A stretch of DNA of 64,000 nucleotides, from positions 269,700,001 through 269,764,000 of the forward strand of contig OZ024743.1 in NCBI GenBank assembly GCA_964016885.1. Direction: 5' to 3'. The notes under the pieces are model-generated. The model saw only the letters and a program-made list of their open reading frames with translations, was not told the DNA's origin and made no database searches. Each line of letters opens with the position of its first letter. The first letter of the stretch is position 1. Positions 26,232 through 41,504 of this stretch are shown one piece after another. The DNA is from Eledone cirrhosa. Lineage: Eukaryota. A program made the position numbers and the translations under genes.

Positions 26232-26925
26232 ATCTATATTAAAACTGTTATACTCTGCTATGTATTGAGTACCTTACTTACTGTGGTTACCTCCGATTCA
26301 ACCCGGAATAACGTATATATATATATATATTACCGTCATTACTGATACAAGATTACAAGATTATGTCAACTGTTGACTTTCAAGAGTTTGTATAGTTGAA
26401 GCCGATCGTACTACAGTCCAGTATTATTATAATTGCTTTACAGCATAGAGTCACGGCCCTCCACGCTCTGAGCTCAAATCCCGCCGAGGTCAACCTTGCC
26501 TTTCATCCCCACGGAGTCAACAAAAGAGAGTACCAGTGATGCGCTGGGCCAGTCGCTGGATCCGTGCCAAAAGCAGAAAAATTATTATTAAAGTTGTTTT
26601 CTTAAGGCCAGGTCGCTGGTGATGGTGATGGTGGCGGCGGTAATGGTGGTGGTGGCAGTTGATGTTGTTGTTGTGTTGTGTGCGTGTGTGTGTGTGTTTT
26701 GTTATTTTGAGTTGTTGTTTTTTTCCCCTTCTTTTTCTTTTTTTTTTAATCTTTTGATGCCGCTGTTGTTGTTGTTGTTGTTGTAAATGTTCATTTCAGT
26801 TCATTCTGAAGCTGTTGTTGCTGTAAACATTAGAGCCGGTGTTGTTGTTGTAGATGTTGGGGTTGAAATCTGGTCGTTTGACTGAGTGATGTATATACAC
26901 ACATATACATACATATATATATATA

Positions 26926-27390
26926 TACAATATTAAATAAATGGAAAACTATATTTATAAAACCATATTTATTTCATTATATATATTTCGGGGATATCAT
27001 ATTAACAATATGCTATGCCTTCATCAGACAAAATACAATATAAACAGTTTTATAGATAAATATATTCGACATACCGTAATAAACATCAACTTCATTTGAA
27101 GAGGTTTACGCTAGCGTAAACCTCTTCAAATGAAGTTGATGTTTATTACGGTATGTCGAATATATTTATCTATAAAACTGTTTATATTGTATTTTGTCTG
27201 ATGAAGGCATAGCATATTGTTAATATGATATCCCCGAAATATATATAATGAAATAAATATGGTTTTATAAATATAATTTTCCATTTATTTAATATTGTAA
27301 ATATACTCCAAATATTTGTCGAGTGCTTTTATATCAGTTATAAATATTTACTAGTTGTAACCCAACAATTTTAAATATAACTTTACATAT
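26926..27390 (+). mobile_element. Fold-back HHR element (F4-related): 374-bp spacer-less palindrome plus 3' extension
   Basis: 26926-27299 is self-complementary about 27112/27113 (one mismatch seen). CTGATGA at 27198 and GAAA at 27236, mirrored on the minus strand. Confidence 0.8.
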
Positions 27391-27915
27391 ATATATATAT
27401 ATATATACACATTCAACAGAGAGTAGAGAGTTTGACAACAGGTCGATGACTTTAGTCTAGATAGGGTAATGACATGTGATGGTGGGGAGAGAGTGTAGAA
27501 GTTATTATGGTGGCGGGGGGACAGTGCGATGTATCTAGTTCATTTGACCGTTTTCTTCTCTTTGCAAAATTTGAATTTTAGCCATGTTATATTGAGATGT
27601 AAGTAAATGTAAAATGTAAAATATAAATAAGGATTGCTCTGCTAAAATATACTAAAATATTTGTGTAACTTCCACAAACTTCTGTCGTGACATTCCCGAG
27701 TCCAGTGACCAACAAATTGTTGTATTTTGATGTTTCAGAATACAAAAATTAATTAAAAACTTACCCCACGAAAAGACAGCGTGTGTTGTCCTATCTATAA
27801 GCTCCCTCATACCATTGTATACATACATACATACATACATACATACATACATACATACATACATACATACATACATACATACATACATACATTGTATACA
27901 TACATACATACATAC

Positions 27916-28521
27916 ATGGTGGCTGCCAACTCGTTTTCGAGTACGGCCACTACTTTATATCCATGTAGGAGAACCCTACCGATGCGCTGAACGAGTGTGA
28001 CTTTTCAGTCCAGCCAGCGACTTGAAAACTCTGGTACAAACACTACACTTGTGACAATTATTGACACATAGTGCTGGGCCCATGGTATGTGACCACAAGT
28101 GCAGAGAGATCTCCAGATATAAAGCAATGCCTGTGCCGTGAAGCTTTTATAGTGAGCAAAGGCAGTGCACAAAGCCAGTCCCACTCTCTTAACCAAGATG
28201 ATATTTACCAAAAAGAAGAACAAGTCAACATCATTGGATACCATCAGGGTTGCAGGTGTTATATCAGAGTTTTCCTTCTCCTAGAATTCTGCCTTGACAA
28301 AGGCTAAGGGCTCATCTCTCCCGGTGATTTTGGATGGCCATTGACTCTTAAGAGCTCCTTTGCCCTTTGACAGGTTTTGTTTTTAGTCCTGCAGGATGTC
28401 CAAAGTCACCCTCCTCACCAAGGAATCTTGGTGGGGTTGCCAGTTTAGTCGCCAACGACCCGACCATGAGACAGGTTGTACTGGGATACATGTTACCAGT
28501 AGCACCAACTGGTGACCTGAC
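27916..28521 (-). mobile_element. Bipartite non-autonomous RTE derivative (~605 bp), copy 1
   Basis: RTE-like 5' UTR fused to the last zinc-finger codons ([25 protein letters not shown]) and the 3' tail; (TGTA)n tail. Confidence 0.85.
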
Positions 28522-28738
28522 ATAATATATATATATATATACATACATACACATACACATATATATATATATACACATACATATACACATACATACACAC
28601 ATATATATACATACATATACATATACATACATACATACACATATACATATACATATACATACACATACATACACATATACATACATACATATACACATAT
28701 ATATACACACACATACATATATACACACATACATATAC

Positions 28739-28769
<31 letters not shown>

Positions 28770-29672
28770 CACATACACACACATATACATATACACACAT
28801 ACACATACATACACATATATATATATACATATACATATATACATACACACACATATACATATACACACATATATACATACACATATACACATACACATAT
28901 ATATATACACATACATATATACACATATACACATACACATATACATACACACATATATATACACATATACACACATACACATACACATATATACACATAT
29001 ATACACTTATATATATATATATACACCCACACATATACACACACATATATACATATATATATATATATACACCCATATATATACACACATACACATACAC
29101 ACATATATACATATACATATATACACATACATATACATACATATATACATATATATATATACATATATATACATACACACACACATATACATATATACAT
29201 ATACACACACATACATATATATACATACATATACACACACATATATACATATATATACACACATACATATACATATATACATATACACACATATACACAC
29301 ATATATATATACACATACACACACATACATATATATACATATACACACATATACATATACATACATACATATACACATATACATATACATACATATACAC
29401 ATATACACACATATACATACATATATATACACATACACACACATACACATATATATATATATATACACATACACACATATACACATATATATATACATAT
29501 ACACACACATACATATACATATATATATATATACATATACACACATACATATACATATATACACATATACATATACACATACACATATACACATATACAT
29601 ATACATACACATACATACACACACATATATATACATACACATACATATACACATACACACATATACATACAC

Positions 29673-29703
<31 letters not shown>

Positions 29704-29796
29704 TATATACATAGATATATACACACATATACATACACATATACATATACATATACACATACACACACATATATACATATATACATATATATATAT
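28522..29796. repeat. Degenerate (TA/CA/TACA)n array, ~1.3 kb
   Basis: Direct inspection. Confidence 0.9.
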
Positions 29797-30406
29797 ATGG
29801 TGGCTGCCAACTCGTTTTCGAGTACGGCCACTACTTTATATCCATGTAGGAGAACCCCTACTGATGCGCTAAACGAGTGTGACTTTTCAGTCCAGCCAGC
29901 GACTTGAAAACTCGGGTACAAACACTATACTTGTGACAATTATTGACACATAGTGCTGGGCCCATGGTACCATGTCACGACAAGTGCAGAGAGATCTCCA
30001 GATATAAAGCAATGCCTGTGCCGTGAAGCTTTTATAGTGAGCAAAGGCAGTGCACAAAGCCAGTCCCACTCTGTTAACCAAGATGATATTTACCAAAAAG
30101 AAGAACAAGTCAACATCATTGGATACCATCAGAGTTGCAGGTGTTATATCAGAGTTTTCCTTCTCCTAGAATTCTGCCTTGACAAAGGCTAAGGGGTCAT
30201 CTCTCCCGGTGATTTTGGATGGCCATTGACTCTTAAGAGCTCCTTTGCCCTTTGACAGGTTTTGTTTTTAGTCCTGCAGGATGTCCAAAGTCACCCTCCT
30301 CACCAAGCAACCTTGGTGGGGTTGCCAGTTTAGTCGCCAACGACCCGACCATGAGACAGGTTGTACTGGGATACATGTTACCAGTAGCACCAACTGGTGA
30401 CCTGAC
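29797..30406 (-). mobile_element. Bipartite non-autonomous RTE derivative, copy 2
   Basis: Near-identical to 27916-28521. Confidence 0.85.
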
Positions 30407-30531
30407 ATACATACATACATACATACATACATACATACATACATACATACATACATACATACATACATACATACATACATACATACATACATACATACAT
30501 ACATACATACATACATACATACATACATACA

Positions 30532-30850
30532 TCGACATCTACGGACCATTGATGAGGAGTTTACAAATCCAGTATCCAAGATACACCTTTAGCTTCATAC
30601 CCATCATTATTGGTGCTACGGGTTATATACCAACCCGCTTGGACCAAAGTATGACTGAACTTGGATTTGCGGACAAAAAGCGCAGCTCCCTAATTCATAG
30701 TCTACAAATGGCTGCGATAGCTGGCACCTTCAAAATTTGCAAAACATTCTTGCGATTCAAGGGATGACAATTTCTTTTCTTTTACAACCTTGCCACCAGG
30801 AAGGTGGCCGGTCAAAAAATATACTCAAAATTAAGAGAAAGAGAAAACAT
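30532..30850 (+). mobile_element. 3' end of an R4/Dong-like REL-type LINE
   Basis: YGPLMRSLQIQYPRYTFSFIPIIIGATG..LQMAAIAGTFKICKTFL* then a short UTR and (CATA)n; related pieces at 49215-50085 (-). Confidence 0.7.
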
Positions 30851-31202
30851 ACATACATACATACATACATACATACATACATGATGATAGCTGTCCCCTC
30901 GTTATCGAGTATGGCCATTGCACGAGAAAAAAAAAAATAATAATAACAATAATAATAATAATAACAACAATAATAATAACGACAACAACAACAATAATAA
31001 TATACATATATATATATGCACACACACAAACATATCTATACACACACTCACCGTGACATACATACATACATACATACATACATACATACCTAGATTCATA
31101 CGCACAGATGCAAACATATGCGCACATAGAGATTTGAATATGAACACATCCACACATAAATACAGGCATACATATAGAGGCATAGGCCTACACACAAAGA
31201 TA

Positions 31203-31255
<53 letters not shown>

Positions 31256-31636
31256 ACGCACGCACACATACATGCGCCCATACGCGCGTACACCAACATG
31301 CACGCACAAAAACGCACTAAATGTTCAACGAGTATGATAAATCTTATAAATACCTAACTGAAATGGGAGCCTTTTCATTGGTTGAATCGAATTATAATAT
31401 GGTGGAATTTTAAACTGTAGGAGGAGAGAGAGTATGGCCATTTGTAGTAACTGAACCGCGACCAGATAAGCTTAGAATGTATACTTTCTTTTGATAACCC
31501 AGCAGTAACACAGAGTGTCTAAGATAGCATAGCCTAATTAATCCACAAATCTTGAAAGTTTACGGTTGGGATCAACAACATCTTTTGGTAATGGCCCACT
31601 TTTGCTACATACATTTTTAGTTTTAACCGTGAACCT

Positions 31637-31686
<50 letters not shown>

Positions 31687-31689
<3 letters not shown>

Positions 31690-31850
31690 CGAAGGAATTG
31701 TGGTAAGGAACCAGATGGACCATAACGCACCAAATTACTCAATACTTAGGGTAATAGAGTGGGTAATAGGAACAAGTATGATCCCGACGGCAGAGCTCAA
31801 GCCGTTTCAACGACTTGAGCTCTGCCGTCGGGGTCATACTTGTTCCTATA
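31687..31850 (-). mobile_element. Hairpin-headed mini-element family F8, copy 1
   Basis: Homologous to 35609-35818 and 36527-36720; terminal hairpin 31766-31848. Confidence 0.75.
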
Positions 31851-32779
31851 TATATATATATATAATATAATATATAATATACATGATTCACGTGTATGTT
31901 ACATCATGTCTTATATATAAAAGTTATAAAAAGTCCTAGGCCCACCGGGAACATCTCAACGGCCTACATGTGGATAACATCATACCTACATAAAGTCCGA
32001 AGCCTACAGTGAAAATCTCAACAGCCCACATATATGGTAACTCGTATATTACATAAAAACATTTGAAAAACGTCAAAAGCTTACAAAGAACATACCAGTG
32101 ACCCTCCTCTCGGTCGCAACACATCTGTAATTATTTGATAGTCTATAGAAATACATCACAAATGTCTCTACAAGAAGCAGAAGCTGAGTAATGTAATATA
32201 GAAGACTGTATGATGTTATCCAGCTTGTTTTATTCAAGGTTATAGAGGAAATAAGGATACAGATTGGTACTTGTGTTATTTTGGTTTTGTTAATAATACC
32301 AAAGTTAATTCCGATCGAGCACATCTAAAAACAAAGTCATAAACATGCAATCAGTCTTTGGGATGTAGTTATTTAACCCTATGTTATTCCACTTTTTAAG
32401 ACGGGATTTGAAGGAATTTTGGCTTCCATTTCGAGCAAATTGAACGACCAGGTATAGCTTCCACCACAGGATCATAGCAACAGTGTTGCTAGTTCAGCAG
32501 TTGTAAGAATTGTGTTAGGAACAGTAACGAGTTCTTCACATAAGTGCACCACTTACAGTCAGTATCATGTGTTTATGCCGAAGACAGCCTCCATAAATGG
32601 TTACAGCAAAATAATTATTGAGAGCCTTAGATCAAAGAATTGTTCCTTGGTCTAGGGCTCTCAATCAATTACTGTGGAACTTCGAAAATTGTGAATCCTA
32701 TCTATCTACATTTCAATTGCAACAAAGAGAGAGGAGGGAGAAACACATACACACACTCATTTTATGTTAGACCTCTGTC

Positions 32780-33090
32780 AATAAGACGATGAGTAATCCA
32801 GCAGAATGAACAACAGAACACCCTTCTTACACAATTAATGTGCAAGTCGCTGAGCATTCCAAAGACACGTGAAATAACAGCTTGGTTCTCAGGGAGAATC
32901 AGCATAATACTGTGTGTTACAAGGCCGGCCTTTGAATTACAGGTACCACTTGTTCTTGCCAAATAGGTGGACTGGAGCAATGTGAAATAAAATGATTGCT
33001 CAAGGAGACAGCACGCCGCATTGCCTGGAATCGAGCTATATTTTTACGACCGTGAGTTCAACACCCTAAACACTAAGCCATGCGCGTTTA
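32780..33090 (-). mobile_element. Second tRNA-derived SINE family (diverged)
   Basis: Minus-strand head gcgcatggcttagtg..gctcgattccagg and ccttgagcaa core; related 3' parts at ~34620-34750 and ~59490-59630. Confidence 0.6.
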
Positions 33091-33812
33091 CCCTCCTGCA
33101 AATACGCACACAAATGCAAATACGCACAAACACACTCATACAGAGAGACAGACACACACAATGGCGGACCGTGTTATCAATCAATATATATATATGTATA
33201 TATATATGCATACAAACGTAAATAGATGTAATGATATGCCTAGGCACTCAAGGAAACATAAATGCAATTATACACACACATTCATAAACACATGCGTACA
33301 TACATAAATGCTTACATGACTATAGACATACATACATACATACATGCTTACATAATACATACATACATATAAACAAATATACATATAGACATGCATGTGC
33401 GTAAAAGCCGACAAATAGCTATTCCCAAACCAGATTCAGTCCTCATCCCCACCAAAGAGTTATTATAATGGCAATGGAGTTCGGTTCTCATTAAAAAGCT
33501 TATTGTAACGAGCAAGAAATCAACAGATGATATTACCTACTTAAATATTTAACTGTGGAAGATATTAGTATATATCGACACTACGTACATACACATACGT
33601 AGACAGACACGTGCACATACGTATGTAATACATTTATAGACGCACACACACACGTACCCCCCCCCCACACACACCCACACACACACGCGCGCACACGAAT
33701 GTAGTTACAAACACATACATAAGCAGAGATAGACACTCATGCACACATATGTTTGTGAGTGAACATATATATATACATATATATATATACATATATATAT
33801 ACATATAGTAAG

Positions 33813-34347
33813 TACAGTGAATTTTTTAAAATTTATTTTAAAATGTTTTCTTTATTTACTTTCCCTTGATTTTATATGTTCTGGCTTGTTAATTTATTAA
33901 CTTGCCATTGAACCACACTGGCATATGGTCGGACTATACTTGTATCCCTGTATGTATTAATTACATGTAGGAACACATACTTTTATTATTATTCTCCCCA
34001 ATTTTAGAGAAACCTATAGTCGTCTGAATGGCTGCTATTTTTAGCAGTACAGTATTGACTTGTCCACCGTGCTCTCACCCTTGTACACGGTACCATACCA
34101 AAAACTGCTTTATCATTCATTTACTCTCAATCTGAGGCAGTCTGGAATGGCGCCAGTTTGAAATTTTTAACTCGGGAATTTTATATTCTCCGGGAGAGAA
34201 ATGCCTTCTGACGATAATCTCCTTCTCAGTGGAAATACGCTTATCTATTCGTTTGGGATTTGAAACCGCGGTAAAGGCACATATTGTAAATACAGTGAAT
34301 TTTTTAAAATTTATTTTAAAATGTTTTCTTTATTTACTTTCCCTTGA
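33813..34347 (+). mobile_element. Retrozyme-like HHR element F6: 478-bp monomer plus 56-bp terminal direct repeat
   Basis: tacagtgaattttttaaaa...tttcccttga at 33813 and 34291; (TA)n-rich flanks; no ORF. Confidence 0.8.
34202..34279 (+). ncRNA. Type I hammerhead ribozyme (F6) with long loop 2
   Basis: tgcctt-CTGACGA-taatctc...gggattt-GAAA-ccgcg-GTA-aaggca; palindromic accgcggt stem III. Confidence 0.88.
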
Positions 34348-35560
34348 ATTTATATATATACGCATATATATATATGCATATATATCTATATATATATATA
34401 GAGAGAGAGAGGGGGAGAGAGAGAAAGAGATACATAACTATACTATACATACATACTCATATACACTTATAAACATATATGCGCATACATATTCATATAC
34501 GTGCATATATAGATATGCACATACATACAAACACATCGTGTATCAGATGACGACACACATTAGTCGAATACAAACAGTTTAGTGTAAACATAGATGAATT
34601 CACACAGGCCTGCATAATTCAGTTGTTAGACCTCCGTCGTTCTCGACGATGAGTATTCTAATTGCTCGAATAATGGAACAGCTTTCTCGTGAAATTAACG
34701 TGCAGGTGGGTGAGCTTTCCACAAACCCATGCACACATAATCCCCGAGAAAGGATAATGCGCTCTGCCTTACCCTCCCTGAATAAATAGAGAAAGATATG
34801 AGAAAGAAACATCGTACACAGGTATGAAATTGAATTTCAGAGCAGCATAAATAGTAAGATATATTCCTATAACAGTAGCAGTTGTCCACTGAACTAGATA
34901 TACGAAATATTACAGAACCACGACACTATATACACACAGCAGTGTAAACACACATATTCAAAGAGCACACGTGTAAGCATCAGACACATACATTATTAGA
35001 CGCGAAGATCAATAGATATACATATAAAAATATACACCAACATTAATCAACGTTTATACCAGCACAGGTTTCACCTCAATATGTGCACTCGATACTACAA
35101 ATGTACACACTGAAATATAAACTCACTTTAATATTCAAATACTGCATAATATACATACGTAGCATACATTCATAACATACACACATAATACATACATATG
35201 TAATACATGCCTAGATACATAAATAGACACATATATACATCCACGTGTACATACATATACATACAAACACACATGTATATATGTATAGACATGCAGTGGT
35301 TTATCCACATTCAGCTGAATTAAAAATGAAACAAAAATGTACACACGTACACACACATATATATATATATATATACAGTGGTGGACTGGCCAGGTAGTCA
35401 GCTAACCTGATGGCCAACCTCTGTGGCCCACGGTGGGACTTTAGGGGCCAAAACATAAAACGTTGCTTTCAAAAGTCCTAAAGAAAGAATAAAAATTTAA
35501 GAAAAAAACAAACAAATACAACAATTAAGCATACTAGGGTCGACTTTTACATGAGATCGA

Positions 35561-35608
<48 letters not shown>

Positions 35609-35611
<3 letters not shown>

Positions 35612-35814
35612 AAAAGGTTCAGGACCCCAACAGCAGAGCTCAAGCCGTTTCGACGGCTATATCTGGACTATATCTTAGTTCAGATATAGCCGTCGAAACA
35701 GCTTGAGCTCTGCCGTCGGGGCCCTGAACATTTTCCTATTACCCACTCTCCTACCCAAAGTATCGAGTACTCTGGTACGTTATGGTCCACCTGGTTCCTT
35801 ACCGCACTTCCTTC

Positions 35815-35818
<4 letters not shown>
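35609..35818 (+). mobile_element. Hairpin-headed mini-element F8, copy 2
   Basis: Hairpin 35609-35738, then a unique 3' part, in (TA)n. Confidence 0.75.
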
Positions 35819-35874
<56 letters not shown>

Positions 35875-36045
35875 CTCTCCCAATTTCCTCTCCCAATTAG
35901 CATATATATATATATATATATATATATGCTAATTGGGAGAGGAAATGGTATATAAATATATATATATAATGGTATATATATATATTATATATAATGGTAT
36001 ATATATATATTATATATAATGGTATATATATATATTATATATAAT

Positions 36046-36095
<50 letters not shown>

Positions 36096-36229
36096 ATTTC
36101 CTCTCCCAATTAGCATACATGTTTTATGATATATAGCTCTGATTATTTAATTTATTAATTTTCATTGAGCCACAACGTGACCTGTTGCAAAACACATATA
36201 TATCTATGACTTTATATATATATGTAAAC

Positions 36230-36340
<111 letters not shown>

Positions 36341-36381
36341 CGAAACATAAGTCAATTGCATGAACTCATATTCCTTTATTT

Positions 36382-36437
36382 ACTGCTATATATATTTCGA
36401 TGATAGCCATTGAATGGCTATGGCCTCATCAGACAGT
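36382..36437 (-). ncRNA. Type I HHR (F1 copy 3) within element 36336-36500
   Basis: actgt-CTGATGA-ggccatagccatt c aatggctatcatc-GAAA-tatat-ATA-gcagt. Confidence 0.82.
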
Positions 36438-36496
36438 TAGTCAGTTCTTAGATATGCCAGCTCTGTGTTTATGGTGTTGATGGTATCAGTGCCTTG

Positions 36497-36526
<30 letters not shown>

Positions 36527-36527
<1 letters not shown>

Positions 36528-36718
36528 GGAAAAGGTATGACCCCGACGGCAGAGCTCAAACAGTTTCGACGGCTATTTCTGGACTCAGAAATAGCCGTCG
36601 AAACGGTTTGAGCTCTGCCGCCGGGGTCATACCATTTCCTATTACCCACTCTACTACCCTAAGTATTGAGTACTCTGGTGCGTTATGGTCCATCTGGTTC
36701 CTTACCTCAATTTCTTCG

Positions 36719-36720
<2 letters not shown>
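36527..36720 (+). mobile_element. Hairpin-headed mini-element F8, copy 3
   Basis: Hairpin 36527-36641, then a unique 3' part, in (TA)n. Confidence 0.75.
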
Positions 36721-36776
<56 letters not shown>

Positions 36777-36824
36777 CGAAATGTTAACAAAAGAAAAATA
36801 TTCGCATAATCAAAATATATACTT

Positions 36825-36885
36825 TATTATATATATTTCAAAGGTACTGTGTTGTTTTTTCAGTACGTCCTCATCAGACAAAATA
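36825..36885 (-). ncRNA. HHR-like core, F4 family
   Basis: Minus strand: ttttgt-CTGATGA-ggacgtactg...cagtaccttt-GAAA-tatata. Confidence 0.55.
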
Positions 36886-37590
36886 TATGATTTGATATAT
36901 GACATACCACTACGGTCTTGACTATTCCATTTCAGTATTGGCAATACTGGAATTAAATAATCAAGACCGTAAGGATGAAAGGCAAAGTTAACCTCGGCGG
37001 GATTAATAATAAAACACACTTACTGGTTGGTTTTAGCTTCTGTATCTTTTATATCTCCATAGTTAATTTATTTGGCAATCAATGTTTATCATTGATTGAC
37101 CAGCGGTTAAAAATACAGATATAAGTATAGATATATAGTCTATCAAAGTTCTTTCGTCTTTTGAAGCGTTGAGAATATATGTAATTATATAATTATATAA
37201 CTATATAGAAAGTGCTTAAGCACACACGGAAATGCTATGAAGATAGCTTAGAAAATTAGAAAAGTGAACAACCTTAAGAGACGGATAAAGTATTAGCCAA
37301 CGACCGCTATGAGGAATTAAAAAAAAAATTATATATATATATATATACATTTCTTGTCAGCATGACTTGGCAAGGTATTTAGAACACTGGTTTAACCACT
37401 TTACTTCCCTCCGAAGAAGAGATATTATCTCGAAAATTAAGGACATTTAAATAAATCTAAGGTAAAAGACTAATTGTCAACAATATCTTTTGCATTTGCA
37501 TTTTTTATTCTATGTCCATACCTGCATTGTTTTGGCTTTACAAATTCAAACGTTGATACCTCATTACACAATGCTTCAAGTGAACTTCCT

Positions 37591-37676
<86 letters not shown>

Positions 37677-37949
37677 TTAGTTATTTTAGGAGAAAATATG
37701 AAAATATATAATTTCTAAAGAAGTCTGACAAATGATAGAATAAACGAAGGCAGTATGGAAGGATATTATATAGCTATTTAATGAAATCTATAAAGCAGGA
37801 AAGACGATAAACGTTTAGAATATGCGTTAAAAAAAACTATCTATTACTGTACAACACTCAGAGCATATCTGTGAATATCTGTATAGGCATGTCAATCCCT
37901 CTTTCTCTCTCATGCTCCTTATATATAGAGAGAGTGATAATTCTTATTG

Positions 37950-38229
37950 TCTATCAATTATTAAAGACTTATATTTACTTTTATTTATTTTATTATTTTC
38001 ATGTTTATCTGTACAAAAAACTAATATCTCTCTCTCTTTCTCTTAATAATAATAGATTGAGCTGCAATTCTTATTGTCACTTTATATACACTCTGCAAAC
38101 TACAGCCGCCTTAAACCTGGATTACAACCTAACGAGAGAAGGCCCCAGGAAACAGCATTGAGTGCTTCGACCAGCGTCGGTCGCCGCTAGTAACTACAAG
38201 TTACTCACTTAATAACATATATATACATT

Positions 38230-38294
<65 letters not shown>

Positions 38295-38362
38295 GTGATT
38301 TGTACAGATAAACATGTAAATAAATAAATAAAAGTAAATATAAGTCTTTAATAATTGATAGA
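37950..38362. mobile_element. IR-bounded element with (AG)n
   Basis: 37950-38037 is the reverse complement of ~38280-38362; internal ttgagtgct motif. Confidence 0.55.
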
Positions 38363-38726
38363 ATAACCGAACCCAGTATAAAACGATGTAAATTATTTAA
38401 GCAAATCCGTAGTGAAATATAACTTTAAAAAATGTTAAAGATGTTGAACATCTTGGTGGTTGTGTAGTACAACTGCTGTTTATATAATTGCATAATTACT
38501 AATTTTAAACGGCAAATGTTGTGCAGAGTTCAATCTTTTCGGCCCCTGAAGAATAAGAGAATTTGTTTCTGTTTCTCGTTTTGCCAAGACGGTAAAATGT
38601 AGAAGGCACCACTGGGCTGAAGCCCCGCTCACCTCTGTCGCTCTAGCGTTCATTGAAGAAGAAGAAGAAAATGTGTTTTGTTTTTCGTTTTCCAAGAAGG
38701 TAGATGTAGAAGGAGCCCGTTCACCT

Positions 38727-38960
38727 TTGCTAGCTGTAGGTTTATGGCTATAGATTCCTTTGGCTTTGCTGTAATGCCCCGCACACCTTGAAACCTCTAG
38801 CTGTGGGTCTGTGGCTATAGCATTTTTTGGCTTTGCTGTGCAAATGCCCCCTCACCTTGGGACCTCTAGCTGAGAGTCTGTGGCTATAGCATCCTTCGGC
38901 TCTGCTGTGCTGAACCCCGCTTGCCTTAGAAACACTAGCATTGTGTGTCTGGCTATGGCT
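38727..38960. repeat. ~69-bp minisatellite, ~3.5 units
   Basis: Recurrent ctagctg..gtctgtggctatagcat..ggctttgctgt..cccc..cctt. Confidence 0.7.
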
Positions 38961-39311
38961 TGTATTGGCTACAGCAGTCATCTCCAACATCATGCATACA
39001 CACACGCCCCCACACACACACACCACCACACACACACACACACACACACACATATAGATATTATGTGCGAAAACCGAAGGTCATTCGTAATATTTTGAGG
39101 ATGTGTATATTTCAGAAGACCTTTTTTTATTGGAGAAGGTAAGACATTTTTAATATATTCTATAATCCGTATTTTTGCTTTACAACTTTACGGTCAAATG
39201 CGTACACAAAAATAGAGAGAAAATTTAAAAAAATTATTTATTCGATATAAAAATTAAATAATAGTGTTGTAATTGTGTGTGGGCCCCTTTGTCTCTTCTT
39301 GACAACCAATA

Positions 39312-39786
39312 TTTTTAGACCCAGTCTGCCTATATGATTCCTGTGTGAGATGCGTGATGCTGCATGGTAGTGAGACATGGGCAGCAACTGCAGAGGATAT
39401 GCAACGGCTGGAGAGAAATGAAGCAAGCATGCTCCGTTTGATGTGCAATGTCAATGTGCGTGAAGCATAGACGAGTTGAGAAAGAAACTGGGTATAAGAG
39501 GGATAAATTGTGGTGTGCAGGAGAGAATACTGAGATGCTATGGACATGTCATGAGCATGTAGGATGACCGCTGGGAAAAGAAGTGCCAAGAAATCCCAGT
39601 AGAAGAACGACGCAGTAGAGGTAGAGCACGAAAAACATGGGCGGAGGTGGTGAGAGCAGACCTCAGATCGCTGAAACTCACGGAGGAGATGACGAAGGAC
39701 CGTGACAAGTGGAGAGATGCTGTGGTGAATAGGACCCGTCCAACCCTTGCAAGCAGGGAAAAGCGGACGTAAAATGATGATGATGA

Positions 39787-39790
<4 letters not shown>
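39312..39790 (+). mobile_element. 3' fragment of an RTE-type LINE, (TGA)n tail
   Basis: LHGSETW..LERNEASMLR.MC..LR.YGHV remnants; tail ggacgtaaaatgatgatg. Confidence 0.75.
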
Positions 39791-39833
<43 letters not shown>

Positions 39834-40447
39834 AAGTGTAAGTCAACAGGGTAAAATTGGCTTCGTTTATTCACATTCGCTGCTATATATATTTCAGTAA
39901 TAGCCATTATTCAACAGCTATGACATCATCTATCAGTAAGAATTTAAACAGAAAAAACAGGAAAACATCATGTTGTGATACATTTTACTGTGTTAATTCG
40001 TTGATATGTCCAGCTCCTGGGTGTGTTGTTAGTCCTCGAAGGAACTGGAAGCAACCTGCGCACTTCGTTGAGTGCTCCAACCTGCATACTGAGGTGTTGG
40101 TAAACAACCAACACATACTCAAAATTTTATATATATATATATGTTGACGGAATCACTGCTAGGAACGGTTGCATCTCAGCGTACTCAATAGGTAATGTTA
40201 AACAAACTCCCAGAGTTAACACACAGCTATTCGTTTCAATACAACACACGTAAACTGGTACCTTATTCCCGAACTCGTATTTCGGCCACACTTAATGCAG
40301 CAGTAGCGTGCACTGCATATATATAACATTGATGCCATCCAAATTAACTATAGGGATATAAAATATACGGAAGTGAAACCGAACCCAATCCAAACAGTGA
40401 GTGTATTTTATTATATATTTCTGGCAATATTATAACAATAAGACCCT

Positions 40448-41504
<1,057 letters not shown>

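Noticed and set aside
28348-29921. 300-476 aa Y/I/C/V/M ORFs (and many similar ones elsewhere)
   Set aside because: Microsatellite translations.
38130-38160. HHR-like ctaacga..gaaac motif (similar partial motifs at ~210-250 and ~40265-40285)
   Set aside because: Core or stems are too incomplete to call.
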